Translations under genes and position numbers: made by a program
IMG/VR virus record: IMGVR_UViG_3300032295_004069
Strand: one strand, 5' to 3'
DNA length: 64,000 nucleotides
Origin: a virus
Taxonomy: Duplodnaviria; Heunggongvirae; Uroviricota; Caudoviricetes
Shown here: positions 46,617-55,545 of the stretch, one piece after another
Layout of the letters: the number at the start of each line of letters is the position of its first letter
How positions within the stretch are numbered: the first letter of the stretch is position 1
Notes under the pieces: generated by a model
The model's input: only the letters and a program-made list of their open reading frames with translations
Databases searched by the model: none
Told to the model about the DNA's origin: nothing

Positions 46617-47540
46617 CTATTGTGGAGTTTGATTTTGTGCCGCCAATTCACCTCTTAGTCTTCTCACTTCTTGTCTTGCAGCTTGTTGTTTCCCACGGGC
46701 AGTTCCGATAGCCACTCTATCACCAGTCTTTTGAGCCGCATCCAACTCCGCTTTAGCAGTATCTAAGTTTGCCTTCGCAAGTTGAAACTGTTGGTCTAAG
46801 GTTAACTGAGTCTGTGGTGCCTGAATTTGTGTTGGTCGTGCACTGATATTTGTAGGTACCTGTACATCGACATTTAGGTCCGCAACTGATTTAGTTGTTG
46901 TCGGAACAGTCACAGGTTTTTCAAGTTGTCTTTTAGGTTGGGCCGCTTGAATTATTTCATTGAAAGAGGTTTCATCCAACCCCACGTTTCTATCATAAGA
47001 TAATCCCAATTCCTTAGCTTTTGCGTCCAAAGCTTTTTGAGTTGCGTTATAAAATTTACCTGTAATGTTTGCCTGTCCCTTACTATTCACAACACCCAAT
47101 GCTTGTTGAAGTTTTTTAACGTTTTCACCCTGCATCATATATTTTAGTGGGAACTTCTCAGCAACGAATTTAGGTGCGGGTGGAGCTGCGGGTGCGGCGG
47201 GAGCTGCACCTGCTGCGGCTTGGGCATTTTGTTGTGTCTTTCCTTGAATCTCCAATAACTTTTTATTCATTGAAGCAGTATCACAAAAGAAAATCTTATT
47301 TTCCGCAACGTTAGGGTTTAACCCTGAATTCGTTGCAAAGTTTTGTTGCATTTGTGCTGTCGTTGGAAGACCTACCGCGACTCCCGTACAATCAATTGGG
47401 AACCCACTCGCTTTTTGTTGAAAAGGTTGTTGAAAAGGTTGTTGAAAGGTTGGAAATTGTTCTGAAATAACAACTCCTTTCTGATAACTGAAAAGAGATT
47501 TCATTCTTGAGATTTCTGAAATCAATGGTTTTGTGTTCAT
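46617..47540 (-). CDS. QPFQQ-repeat protein with PG_binding_1-like domain
   Basis: LKYMMQGENVKKLQQALGV...GKFYNATQKALDA. Confidence 0.5.
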   Translation of the reverse strand: MNTKPLISEISRMKSLFSYQKGVVISEQFPTFQQPFQQPFQQKASGFPIDCTGVAVGLPTTAQMQQNFATNSGLNPNVAENKIFFCDTASMNKKLLEIQGKTQQNAQAAAGAAPAAPAAPPAPKFVAEKFPLKYMMQGENVKKLQQALGVVNSKGQANITGKFYNATQKALDAKAKELGLSYDRNVGLDETSFNEIIQAAQPKRQLEKPVTVPTTTKSVADLNVDVQVPTNISARPTQIQAPQTQLTLDQQFQLAKANLDTAKAELDAAQKTGDRVAIGTARGKQQAARQEVRRLRGELAAQNQTPQ

Positions 47541-47566
47541 ATAAAGTACATTTTTATATAAATACC

Positions 47567-47603
47567 GCCAAAAACAAAAAACCCCAACGTAGAAACGTCG
47601 GGG
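47567..47603 (-). terminator. strong rho-independent terminator ending the tRNA/SSU-like transcription unit
   Basis: Minus RNA CCCCGACG-UUUCUA-CGUUGGGG followed by UUUUUUGUUUUU. Confidence 0.7.
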
Positions 47604-47639
47604 TTTGGCGAAAAACTTTGAGAATACAAGTTTTTTTAA

Positions 47640-48860
47640 GAATCTTTAGAAGGGTTATTGTTTACCTCCATTTCCACTTCCTTTTGAGAAGTAATCCTCA
47701 GTCACGGTCAATTAGATTAACCAATCCTTAAGTTGTGTACAACTCTCTCGATACTTATCACTCTTCGATGGTGCCCCACCAATTAATCCTTGCGAGATTA
47801 GAGAACTTTCTCGAAACTCATGTCGGGCTTGGGACCCTTCACGGCCGTGAACATCTCACGACTATGTAGTGACCTGTCGTCCACAACTGACGAGCACTTT
47901 TCCTTGATTTTAATTATTAGTTGTTAAACCAGAATTAACAATAAAGGTTTTGGTTTACGGATGTGGAAGGTAGCGGCTCGTCACCAGCCATGCCATCTTT
48001 TGAACGACACGATACTAAACTACCCTCTGAAGTCTCCCGACCTCCATATTTCAAGTCAACTTCATAACACATACCCTTGGTAGGGTGAAGGTTAAGGTCG
48101 AATCAGCACCACCTGTTTTCCGACTTACCTTTCGGTTTTAAGCCAACTCTAATATTGAACCACGCAATTATTATGGTGGATGCCATAATTTCTTACATGA
48201 GTCCTTCAGGTTATTCTTTTTGGTCTTCCGACCTCAACAAGACGACCCGTATCGCCTCGTCACCCAACCACTTTCACTACAGTGTTACCCTCGCTACTGA
48301 AGGTCAGGTGATATCCTGATTGCCTACTCGAGTACCATTTCTGATACCGCAGAACACTCAAACCTGGTGTCCCACTTTATACTACTTTCGTAGTTTATTT
48401 AATGACCATAGGCGGCCAATATCTTAAACAAAGAACTATCATTTATGGAGGGAAGAGGAATCTTTACGACCATCCGAAGTTGGAACATTTACAACCCCTT
48501 CCCTCCAATTGTTTCACAAAGATAAGAAGGTTTTGGGAAACCGTCAAATATTTGAAAAACTTTTTTTTGAATTTTCTGACTTTAATTCTAACACCCCCCA
48601 CTCTTAATGGGACAGGTTTAAAATCAGTATTTCAAAGAACAATCAGAATTACCCGATTGGATTTCAAAGATAATAAGAACTTTTTGGTTCGTCAAATCTT
48701 TTGAAAAAAAAGTTACAGGTTTTTTGTACCCATTCGTACATCATCACAAACATATTCCTACATCTGTGGTTACATTTTCGTCATTGGGTTAATTACTCCC
48801 GACTTATAGTAACTCTACCCTCACCGCTCTGATACCGCGAATCAAGACAGCGTCTTTGGG
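47640..48860 (-). rRNA. divergent, size-reduced SSU (16S-like) rRNA homolog; function unknown (decayed copy, mimic or genuinely reduced rRNA)
   Basis: Read on the minus strand, the region carries in correct order diverged versions of universal 16S blocks: CTTGATTCGCGGTATCAGA..TAAGTCGGGAGTAATTA (5' end); TGGGGGGTGTTAG; CTTCGGATGGTCGTAAAG; CTGCGGTATCAG (530 loop); GATACGGGTCGTC (790); TTAAAACCGAAAGGTAAGTCGG (910); GGTGGTGC..ATTCGACC..AACCTTCACC (950-990); GGCATGGCTGGTGACGAGC; GTCGTGAGATGTT..AAGGGTCCCAAG; GGTGGGGCACCATC; TTGTACACAAC..GACCGTGAC (1400); GGAAGTGG..GGTAAAC..AACC (3' end). GC-elevated, ORF-free. Motifs recalled from memory, no search run. Confidence 0.5.
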
Positions 48861-48903
48861 ATTAATAAACAGAGGGGTTCCACCTCCGTCTTCACCTGTT
48901 TAG

Positions 48904-48975
48904 TTGCGAGGGTAGGATTCGAACCTACGACCCCAAGGTTATGAGCCTTGTGAGCTACCGCTGCTCTACCTCACG
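48904..48975 (-). tRNA. tRNA-Met, anticodon CAT, initiator-like C1:A72 mismatch, no encoded CCA
   Basis: Minus strand CGTGAGG-TA-GAGC-AGCGGTA-GCTC-A-CAAGG-CTCATAA-CCTTG-GGGTC-GTAGG-TTCGAAT-CCTAC-CCTCGCA-A folds as a canonical cloverleaf. Confidence 0.85.
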
Positions 48976-48978
48976 ATG

Positions 48979-49052
48979 TTGTTGCGTCGCCTCAGAATCG
49001 AACTGAGTTAGTCAGGCTTATGAGACCTGTGAAATACCTTACCTCCCGCCCG
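48979..49052 (-). ncRNA. tRNA-like element with CAT anticodon loop and perfect T-arm, but the acceptor stem cannot be paired
   Basis: GGGAGG-TAAGGTA-TTTC-A-CAGGT-CTCATAA-GCCTG-ACTAA-CTCAG-TTCGATT-CTGAG-GCGACGC; degenerate tRNA or leader structure directly 5' of tRNA-Met. Confidence 0.25.
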
Positions 49053-49161
49053 CAATATATAGAGAGACTATCTCTCCCCTTTGACGCCATCCAAGTCATG
49101 CTCTGGTTATTCAAAGATAGTCTACTTTTTACCTTAATTAAAAGAACTCTGTGAAAAAAAT

Positions 49162-49209
49162 GTCCCACAAACATAAAGAAATTTTCTCAAATAACCAAGT
49201 TTGTGGGAC
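49162..49209. promoter_or_regulatory. 11-bp perfect inverted repeat GTCCCACAAAC...GTTTGTGGGAC (26-nt spacer) in the putative promoter/leader of the minus-strand tRNA/SSU-like operon
   Basis: Read directly; further hairpins follow at 49238-49286 and 49300-49320. Confidence 0.35.
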
Positions 49210-49523
49210 TTTATAAAAGACTTTTTTAGGAAGTCTCTCGTCTCATTTTCAAAAAAAACTCTCGTTTTTAATAGTGTGATGAGACGTTTTTTGGGGTGTT
49301 CGTCCTTTCGGACATGAACATATAAATATACCAAAAAATTCAAAAAGTAACCTTACAAGAAAATATTTTTTTTAAAATTTTCCCCATTGAGATTTGTGTC
49401 TGTTCTCCTCAGCAATTTTTAGTCCTAACCAAATATCTTTGAATATTCTAACCAATTCTCCGAGTGGATTATTACCTAATAGGTATTTCATTCTACTGTC
49501 GGATTCTAACATTCTCTTTTCCA

Positions 49524-49943
49524 TTATTTGAGTATTATTTCAGCAAGTTTATGCATGTATTCACCAGATTTTTCAGGTTGAATCTCGTCAATTGAAAAAT
49601 ATCCCCAATCGGTATGTTCCTCTCCATCGAGTGCGTTGACCAAATCAGGTTCAATACATTTTTCAACCTCTAATAAGTATACATACATAAGACCTTTTAC
49701 TTTCTTACCATCTCTTGTGTGTCTTGGAATAAGACCAATGAATTTCAACTCCATGTCTTGTATATCAACATCAGTTTCTTCCAAGAACTCTCTACGAGCG
49801 CCGTCTTGAGTTGTTTCATTTTGTTCGAGTTTACCACCAGGGATAGACCACATACCAGGATATGAGCCAAGGTTGTTTCTTTTACATAGGAGAATCTTAT
49901 CTCCACATTTCACCATGACTCCGACGTACCTTTGATTTTTCAT
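49524..49943 (-). CDS. Nudix hydrolase
   Basis: Nudix box GGKLEQNETTQDGARREFLEETDV. Confidence 0.7.
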   Translation of the reverse strand: MKNQRYVGVMVKCGDKILLCKRNNLGSYPGMWSIPGGKLEQNETTQDGARREFLEETDVDIQDMELKFIGLIPRHTRDGKKVKGLMYVYLLEVEKCIEPDLVNALDGEEHTDWGYFSIDEIQPEKSGEYMHKLAEIILK

Positions 49944-50305
49944 TGTATTTATTTAATATGATTGTGCAAATTAACGAAAATTATTTTAAAGTAAAAACTC
50001 TAATTGATTCTAAATCTCAAAAATTTGGAATGATGAATAGAGTTTTTGATGATTCATTTAATGGTTTATTATTTTTAATGGGTGGAAAGAAACAATGCTT
50101 TTGGATGAAGAACTGTTTGATTCCATTGGACATAATAATCATAAAAAATAATGTTATAATCAACATCCATCATGATTGTCCTCCTTGTTCAGAAGAACCT
50201 TGTCCAAGTTATTGTGGAAATGGTAATATAGTTTTAGAAGTAGAGGGTGGAACTTGTGAATATCTTGGAATAGAAGCTGGTGATACGGTAGAATACGTTC
50301 TTTAG
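49943..50305 (+). CDS. DUF192-like small protein
   Basis: FLMGGKKQCFWMKNCLIPLDIIII pattern; weak. Confidence 0.35.
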   Translation: MYLFNMIVQINENYFKVKTLIDSKSQKFGMMNRVFDDSFNGLLFLMGGKKQCFWMKNCLIPLDIIIIKNNVIINIHHDCPPCSEEPCPSYCGNGNIVLEVEGGTCEYLGIEAGDTVEYVL

Positions 50306-50841
50306 TTCTTCCAAATTGTTTCGTTCACATCTTCTTTATTCCCTATGAATCTGGCTAGCACAAAAAAGAAATCGCTCAGTCTATTGAGGTATATTGATAT
50401 TGGATGAAGTTTTTCAAAATTATCTAAAACTTTACAATCCAATACCTCAATTTCAGTTCTTCTTGCAATTGTCCTACAAATATGAGCCAAACAACTCGCT
50501 TTTGTCCCTTTAGGTAAAATAAAATTTTTGAGAGGTGGAAGTTGTTTGTTCATGAAATCCATCGCTTCCTCCAATAACTTAACATCGTCTTGGGTTACCT
50601 CTGTGAGTTCAGTATTGTTATCATTAATAATCATTGAACCAGCATTGAAAAGGTTCCATTGAATTACTTCTAAATCAGCATGAGAATTGTAAGTCTCACT
50701 TCTTAGTAGACCAACAAAAGAATTAAGTTCATCTAATGAACCAACCGCTTTTATTTCTTGAATTGTTTTTGGGACTCTTCTTCCTGATAGTAAACTTGTT
50801 GTACCATCATCCCCTTTCTTTGTGTATACTTTATTGGACAT
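50302..50841 (-). CDS. PduO-type ATP:cob(I)alamin adenosyltransferase
   Basis: KVYTKKGDDGTTSLLSGRRVPK...GSLDELNSFVG matches the MMAB/PduO N-terminal signature. Confidence 0.75.
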   Translation of the reverse strand: MSNKVYTKKGDDGTTSLLSGRRVPKTIQEIKAVGSLDELNSFVGLLRSETYNSHADLEVIQWNLFNAGSMIINDNNTELTEVTQDDVKLLEEAMDFMNKQLPPLKNFILPKGTKASCLAHICRTIARRTEIEVLDCKVLDNFEKLHPISIYLNRLSDFFFVLARFIGNKEDVNETIWKN

Positions 50842-50859
50842 ACACCAATGATAACTTAA

Positions 50860-52275
50860 TTAATCTTCAGATTCAACTTTTGAGGTCTGAATTTTTTCTT
50901 TAATCTTATCAACCATTTTTTTCCCGACCTCTTTCATAAATTTAATGTAAGGTACATCAGGTCTATCGGGATTATATCTGTACGGGTCCTCTGAAGGTCT
51001 TGTCTTTCTTCCTAAAAAATTTAGACCAGATATGTTGGTGATACACTTGTGACCACCTGATTGTGATTGAATAAAGTCCCACATGTTGATTCCGACCTTG
51101 TCTAACAAAGATTTTTCTTGTTCTGAAAGTTCAGAGAAAGGCTTATCCATTATTGGTTTCAGTTTATCAATAACCTCTTCACCCCCTTCAATCATCTGAA
51201 ACTTACCTCCAAATAAAGCATCAAAGTCTTTGAATGTAAATCCAACACTATCAGGTCCAACCGATACTTCACTTAACCATTTCATAGTAGATAATGGAAT
51301 TACTCTTTTTTTCAAAGCTGGCTCGTATTCAGATAAAACTTCCTGAGCTATCTCTCCGAGATTAACACCTTTAAGTTCTCTTTCTTTTTTGAATGGATTA
51401 CAGGACGCTTGAAGTAATCCCATCGGCCATAATAAAACAAGAAAATCCGCTTCAGGATGAACTCTGAATGGTGTGTATCTATCATATGAACCACCTTTCA
51501 TTGAGCCAGCACCATATTGAAATATGATACCATCTTGATAAACTCTTTTAGGGTAGGTTTTCATTTGTTGGAAATATTCCTCTGACCTTTTTTGTAAAAC
51601 ATCAGTGGTATCGGCATTTGTGGCTTTCATCCATGACTTAATATTATTCAAAATTGAAAGTAAAGATGGTTCGGAGTTCATAACTAAATCCTCCATAAAA
51701 CCTTTCTTGTTTTTGAAAGCTAATATTAATTTGTTGATGACTAATCCTAATAACATTTTGTTCTTAGAGAGAGATTTCTCCTTGTCGAGTCTAAACAAAT
51801 AGTTTACAACATCTTCAGGATTTAGACCCTGTCTAACAAAGTCTGCAGAATCAACTGTACTAATCAACAAAATATCTAAAGATGGAAATAAATCCCTTGG
51901 TGATACAACCTGAGAAATTGTTTCAACATTAGAACGAGCCTGTCTAAAAGATTTCGATGTGTCTTTCTCAGCTCCGACTTGTTTGTCGTGGTGGTCAGTG
52001 TGAATTTTAAACATTGGTTTACCATGTGCAAAGTCAACCAAAACTGGCATTGTGTCGCCCTGTGCATCGTTCTTCTTCACCGAAAACTCTTTATCTCCAT
52101 ATTGAATAACATGTGCACCAACCACATCAATACCGTTATCCTCAAGGTATTTTTTCATGGCAATCGCAGTGGTCACACCGTCCAAATCTTGATGAAAATA
52201 AATTTCGGCTTTGGGATATCTCTTCCTCAAAGCCGATATATCTCTCAAACCCGTTTCCGTGATAACTCTTTTCAT
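50860..52275 (-). CDS. DHH-family phosphoesterase-like protein (ITET-type N-terminus)
   Basis: YFHQDLDGVTTAIAM and KIHTDHHDKQ resemble DHH motifs I and III. Confidence 0.5.
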   Translation of the reverse strand: MKRVITETGLRDISALRKRYPKAEIYFHQDLDGVTTAIAMKKYLEDNGIDVVGAHVIQYGDKEFSVKKNDAQGDTMPVLVDFAHGKPMFKIHTDHHDKQVGAEKDTSKSFRQARSNVETISQVVSPRDLFPSLDILLISTVDSADFVRQGLNPEDVVNYLFRLDKEKSLSKNKMLLGLVINKLILAFKNKKGFMEDLVMNSEPSLLSILNNIKSWMKATNADTTDVLQKRSEEYFQQMKTYPKRVYQDGIIFQYGAGSMKGGSYDRYTPFRVHPEADFLVLLWPMGLLQASCNPFKKERELKGVNLGEIAQEVLSEYEPALKKRVIPLSTMKWLSEVSVGPDSVGFTFKDFDALFGGKFQMIEGGEEVIDKLKPIMDKPFSELSEQEKSLLDKVGINMWDFIQSQSGGHKCITNISGLNFLGRKTRPSEDPYRYNPDRPDVPYIKFMKEVGKKMVDKIKEKIQTSKVESED

Positions 52276-52589
52276 TACTTCAATTCAATCGAAAAAATTT
52301 CGAATTTCTTTTTAGTTTTAGGTTCATAACCGAACATTCTCTCACCGTCTTTACCCATTTCAAACATGAAACTTCCTTTCGGTAAAGCCGTTTTAACTTT
52401 CATTGATTGTTCACGTCCTGTTTCAGTCTTAACTACTAAAACTTTATTACCTTCAGCATCCATTTTAATTTCTGCCTCAGCGTTAGAACCTGGTGTTACG
52501 ATTGTTATTTTCTTATCTTTTTGTTCACTGATTACTCTTTTTACGATTCTTTTCAAATCGGACTCAGTCAATTTTATAATCTTTTTCAT
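52275..52589 (-). CDS. leader-family small protein (MKKIIKLTESDLKRIVKRVISEQ)
   Basis: Peptide conserved while the nucleotide sequence is diverged relative to 9173..9496. Confidence 0.55.
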   Translation of the reverse strand: MKKIIKLTESDLKRIVKRVISEQKDKKITIVTPGSNAEAEIKMDAEGNKVLVVKTETGREQSMKVKTALPKGSFMFEMGKDGERMFGYEPKTKKKFEIFSIELK

Positions 52590-52960
52590 TAATACTTAAG
52601 TGTTAAGAGGTATTTTGATTTATTGATTAGACCTAACATCTCGTCTCTTAAATTCAAAAGGTCAGTATCATATCTTGAATCAAGTTGGTCACTCATACCA
52701 ACTAGAAATTCTGTGATTCCATCCATAAAATTTTGGATGCTGAGTGCAGAGATGTCTTGAAACATTAATGCAAATTCAGGTTCAAACTCAGGTCTTCCGT
52801 ACTTACCCATCATAGTCTCTGTGAACTCATCTATCAGGTCACCTAAACCATCATAAATTGCACCGTATGTTTTATGTTTAGCATCACCAAATGTCTGCCA
52901 ATGTAAAAACTTCCATTGAAGTTGTATTTGTACTAATTTTTTAATTAATTCTTCTTTCAT
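52589..52960 (-). CDS. hypothetical protein
   Basis: ATG at 52960. Confidence 0.45.
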   Translation of the reverse strand: MKEELIKKLVQIQLQWKFLHWQTFGDAKHKTYGAIYDGLGDLIDEFTETMMGKYGRPEFEPEFALMFQDISALSIQNFMDGITEFLVGMSDQLDSRYDTDLLNLRDEMLGLINKSKYLLTLKY

Positions 52961-52970
52961 ATTTTAATAA

Positions 52971-54200
52971 TTATATTCCTGGTATAGGATTTAATCTCCC
53001 CAATAACATACTTTTCAAAAATCCTGCGAAAACATCTTTCTCAGGTTCAGGTGTCGCCACAGATGTTGTTGGTATGGATGGTTGAGGTTTAACTTGTGGA
53101 GTTGGAGCAGCAGTCGGAGTTTCAGTTTCTCTACTGAATTTATTAATATCTCCGTACTTTTTCTGTATATCTCCCATTCTGTCGGCTTTACCGAATTGGT
53201 CATCAAAATTTTCGAGTGCTTGTGGTGTTTGATTGTATTGTTCAATTTTTTTCATCATCTGAGCCTCACCCATTTGATTAGATAACTCATCAGGACCAAC
53301 AAAGTTTCCTATACCAATATAATCTAAGAAACCTAACCACCACTTGGTTTGACCCATTAATATTTTAATTCTTCTACCCTCAGGACTTCTAAATAATCTC
53401 GGTATTCCTCCGAAAAAAATCTGACTTAGGGCACCTGGCTTAGATAACGTTGCCGCGTCAAAAATCTTAGTGCTTTTTACAATATCCAAAAGGGTTTCAA
53501 CATCTCCCAACTTCGCAGTTCCTTTAGCGAAGTCACCTGCAACACTCGCAGCAAAACTTTTACTGGTCAAACTTTTCTTACCCGCATTTTGAAGTATCTT
53601 CAAATAATCAGTCATGGTGTTCTTTAAACCATTGAATGGTCCAAGGGGAAGTGCATCTAAAGTTCCAATCACATTATCTCCTGTCTTACCTCCAAACTTT
53701 TGAATCATTTTACCAAGTGCGTTTGGTGCTTTTGCAAAATCATCAACTAGTTTACCTGCCGCAATGTATTGTTTACTTCCTGGTGTTGCAGTCTTCATGA
53801 TTTTCAAGGCTTTGTCTAAGGCTTTAGTAGAATTGGTTCCCAATTTCGCTGCTCCCATAATAGATTTACCCACAACGTCACCAAATGCTGGTATCGCACT
53901 TACCAAACTGAGAATACCAAATAATGTATCTCCTTGTGTGAAATATGATATTGCGTTAATACTGTCTGTAATTGGAGTAGGGTCAACAATACCCAAAAAA
54001 TCCATCGCTGTGTTGTACCACTTGGCTTCCTTAAGAGACTTTTTCTGAGGATAAAGATAATTTAGAACATCAACAACTACCTTCTTTTCCTCTTCAGTAA
54101 GTTTCTCCCACTTTTTTGAAATTGTTTCGTAGGGACTTTCTGTGATTCTGTCTTTTATGAGTTCTAATTGAGATTGTGAAATAATGTACTCAGCCATCAA
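52971..54200 (-). CDS. ITES-leader protein (MMAEYIISQSQLELI) with Gly-rich membrane-active-like segments
   Basis: GILSLVSAIPAFGDVVGKSIMGAAKLG resembles the paralog family at 2759-5626. Confidence 0.5.
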   Translation of the reverse strand: MMAEYIISQSQLELIKDRITESPYETISKKWEKLTEEEKKVVVDVLNYLYPQKKSLKEAKWYNTAMDFLGIVDPTPITDSINAISYFTQGDTLFGILSLVSAIPAFGDVVGKSIMGAAKLGTNSTKALDKALKIMKTATPGSKQYIAAGKLVDDFAKAPNALGKMIQKFGGKTGDNVIGTLDALPLGPFNGLKNTMTDYLKILQNAGKKSLTSKSFAASVAGDFAKGTAKLGDVETLLDIVKSTKIFDAATLSKPGALSQIFFGGIPRLFRSPEGRRIKILMGQTKWWLGFLDYIGIGNFVGPDELSNQMGEAQMMKKIEQYNQTPQALENFDDQFGKADRMGDIQKKYGDINKFSRETETPTAAPTPQVKPQPSIPTTSVATPEPEKDVFAGFLKSMLLGRLNPIPGI

Positions 54201-54242
54201 AGATTTTCTTTATAAATATCCAAACAAATAAAAAAAAGGGTC

Positions 54243-55103
54243 TTAAGACCCTTTCATTTCTAATTTCAATTGTTTGTTCCTATCAACAAAGTGTTGAACC
54301 CTTTGTCGAGCTACTTCAGTGTAGTTTGGACTAAGTTCAATCCCCACCCATCTTCGATGTAGTATCTCTGCGGCTGCCACACTTGTACCTGACCCACAGA
54401 ATGGGTCCAAAACCAAATCATTCTTATAAGTGAGTATCTTAATCGCCTTCATTGGAATATCCATCGAGAAGGTGGCTTTGGTCATCTGCTTTGTGTCTGC
54501 AAAATAATCCCACTGACCGTAAACCAATTCCATAAACTCTTTCTTGTCCTCGTCTTGGTAGACAGTTTTCTTTTTAACTGTACCATCTTCTTGTTGAAGG
54601 TCAACAATATCACTCTTCCATTGAGGTTCACCTTTTACCTTTTTGATGTGATTTTTCTTGTAAGCCAAAATCACACATTCTTTTGGGTTATAGATATAAG
54701 GTGCTGATGGAGACATCCAAGAACCCCAAGCTGTGGTCTTACTTCTATGAGGTGAGTTTTCGTTCAGGTCGACCAATCCATAGAACTTATAACCAATCTT
54801 TTGCATGATTGACCATAACTCAGCGACCATAAAAATTCTTCCCCCCTTATCTTGTCGGTTGATTTCATACGGAATGTTGAGTGCAATTCTTCCATCATCT
54901 TTCAATACTCTGTAGGCTTCAGTCAACCATTCTTTAGAGAAAACTTTATATTCCTCGAAATCAACGTCGTCGTTATGTGTGTCGTACTCAATTCCAACAC
55001 CATATGGTGGAGATGTTACTATGAGGTCTACTGTACTTTCTGGCATCGTCTTCATAACCTCAATACAATCCCCGTTGATTATTTTATTTACAAAATTTTC
55101 CAT
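54243..55103 (-). CDS. beta-class N6A/N4C DNA methyltransferase
   Basis: IVTSPPYGVGIEY (motif IV) N-terminal to DPFCGSGTS (motif I). Confidence 0.8.
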   Translation of the reverse strand: MENFVNKIINGDCIEVMKTMPESTVDLIVTSPPYGVGIEYDTHNDDVDFEEYKVFSKEWLTEAYRVLKDDGRIALNIPYEINRQDKGGRIFMVAELWSIMQKIGYKFYGLVDLNENSPHRSKTTAWGSWMSPSAPYIYNPKECVILAYKKNHIKKVKGEPQWKSDIVDLQQEDGTVKKKTVYQDEDKKEFMELVYGQWDYFADTKQMTKATFSMDIPMKAIKILTYKNDLVLDPFCGSGTSVAAAEILHRRWVGIELSPNYTEVARQRVQHFVDRNKQLKLEMKGS

Positions 55104-55143
55104 TATAATCTTTTAATACTCTAAATCTAATAATTTTTTTCCA

Positions 55144-55545
55144 CTAAAGTTTACCTTCTTGTTTCATTTGTTCACGAATTTTTGTGGCTGAGATATCATG
55201 AATTTCTTGGGGTGGGATGTGTTCGATTATATCATAACCCACACCTCTACCAAAGTTAACTGATTCTATATCAGGTATGACCATCACCTTAACTCTTTCT
55301 TGACCAATCAATTGCCACAATTCTTTTTTGATATTTGATTCTACTTCTTGAGCGGAGAATGGATTTTTCTCATCAGGTTGGATGTCTCTAATACAAATCA
55401 GAACATTCTTACCATCATTAATACATTGGTTAACTAACCACTTGTGTCCATCGTGAAATGGTTGAAATCTTCCCACAACCATTGAGTATTGTTTCCCACC
55501 TGTATTTTTAAGTTTTGGGTCACCTTCTACGTGAATTTTTTTCAT
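55144..55545 (-). CDS. HxGH nucleotidyltransferase (NMNAT/cytidylyltransferase-like)
   Basis: VVGRFQPFHDGH motif. Confidence 0.55.
   Translation of the reverse strand: MKKIHVEGDPKLKNTGGKQYSMVVGRFQPFHDGHKWLVNQCINDGKNVLICIRDIQPDEKNPFSAQEVESNIKKELWQLIGQERVKVMVIPDIESVNFGRGVGYDIIEHIPPQEIHDISATKIREQMKQEGKL

Noticed and set aside
48402-48704. 100-aa plus-strand ORF inside the non-coding locus
   Set aside because: Lies antisense within the SSU rRNA-like region; no start context; composition matches structured RNA rather than coding
47700-48900. Considered group I/II intron, tmRNA or RNase P RNA as identity of the 1.2-kb ORF-free region
   Set aside because: No tRNA-like 3' end with a tag ORF (so not tmRNA) and no intron domain V or P7-like motifs recognised, whereas a dozen ordered SSU rRNA signature blocks are present
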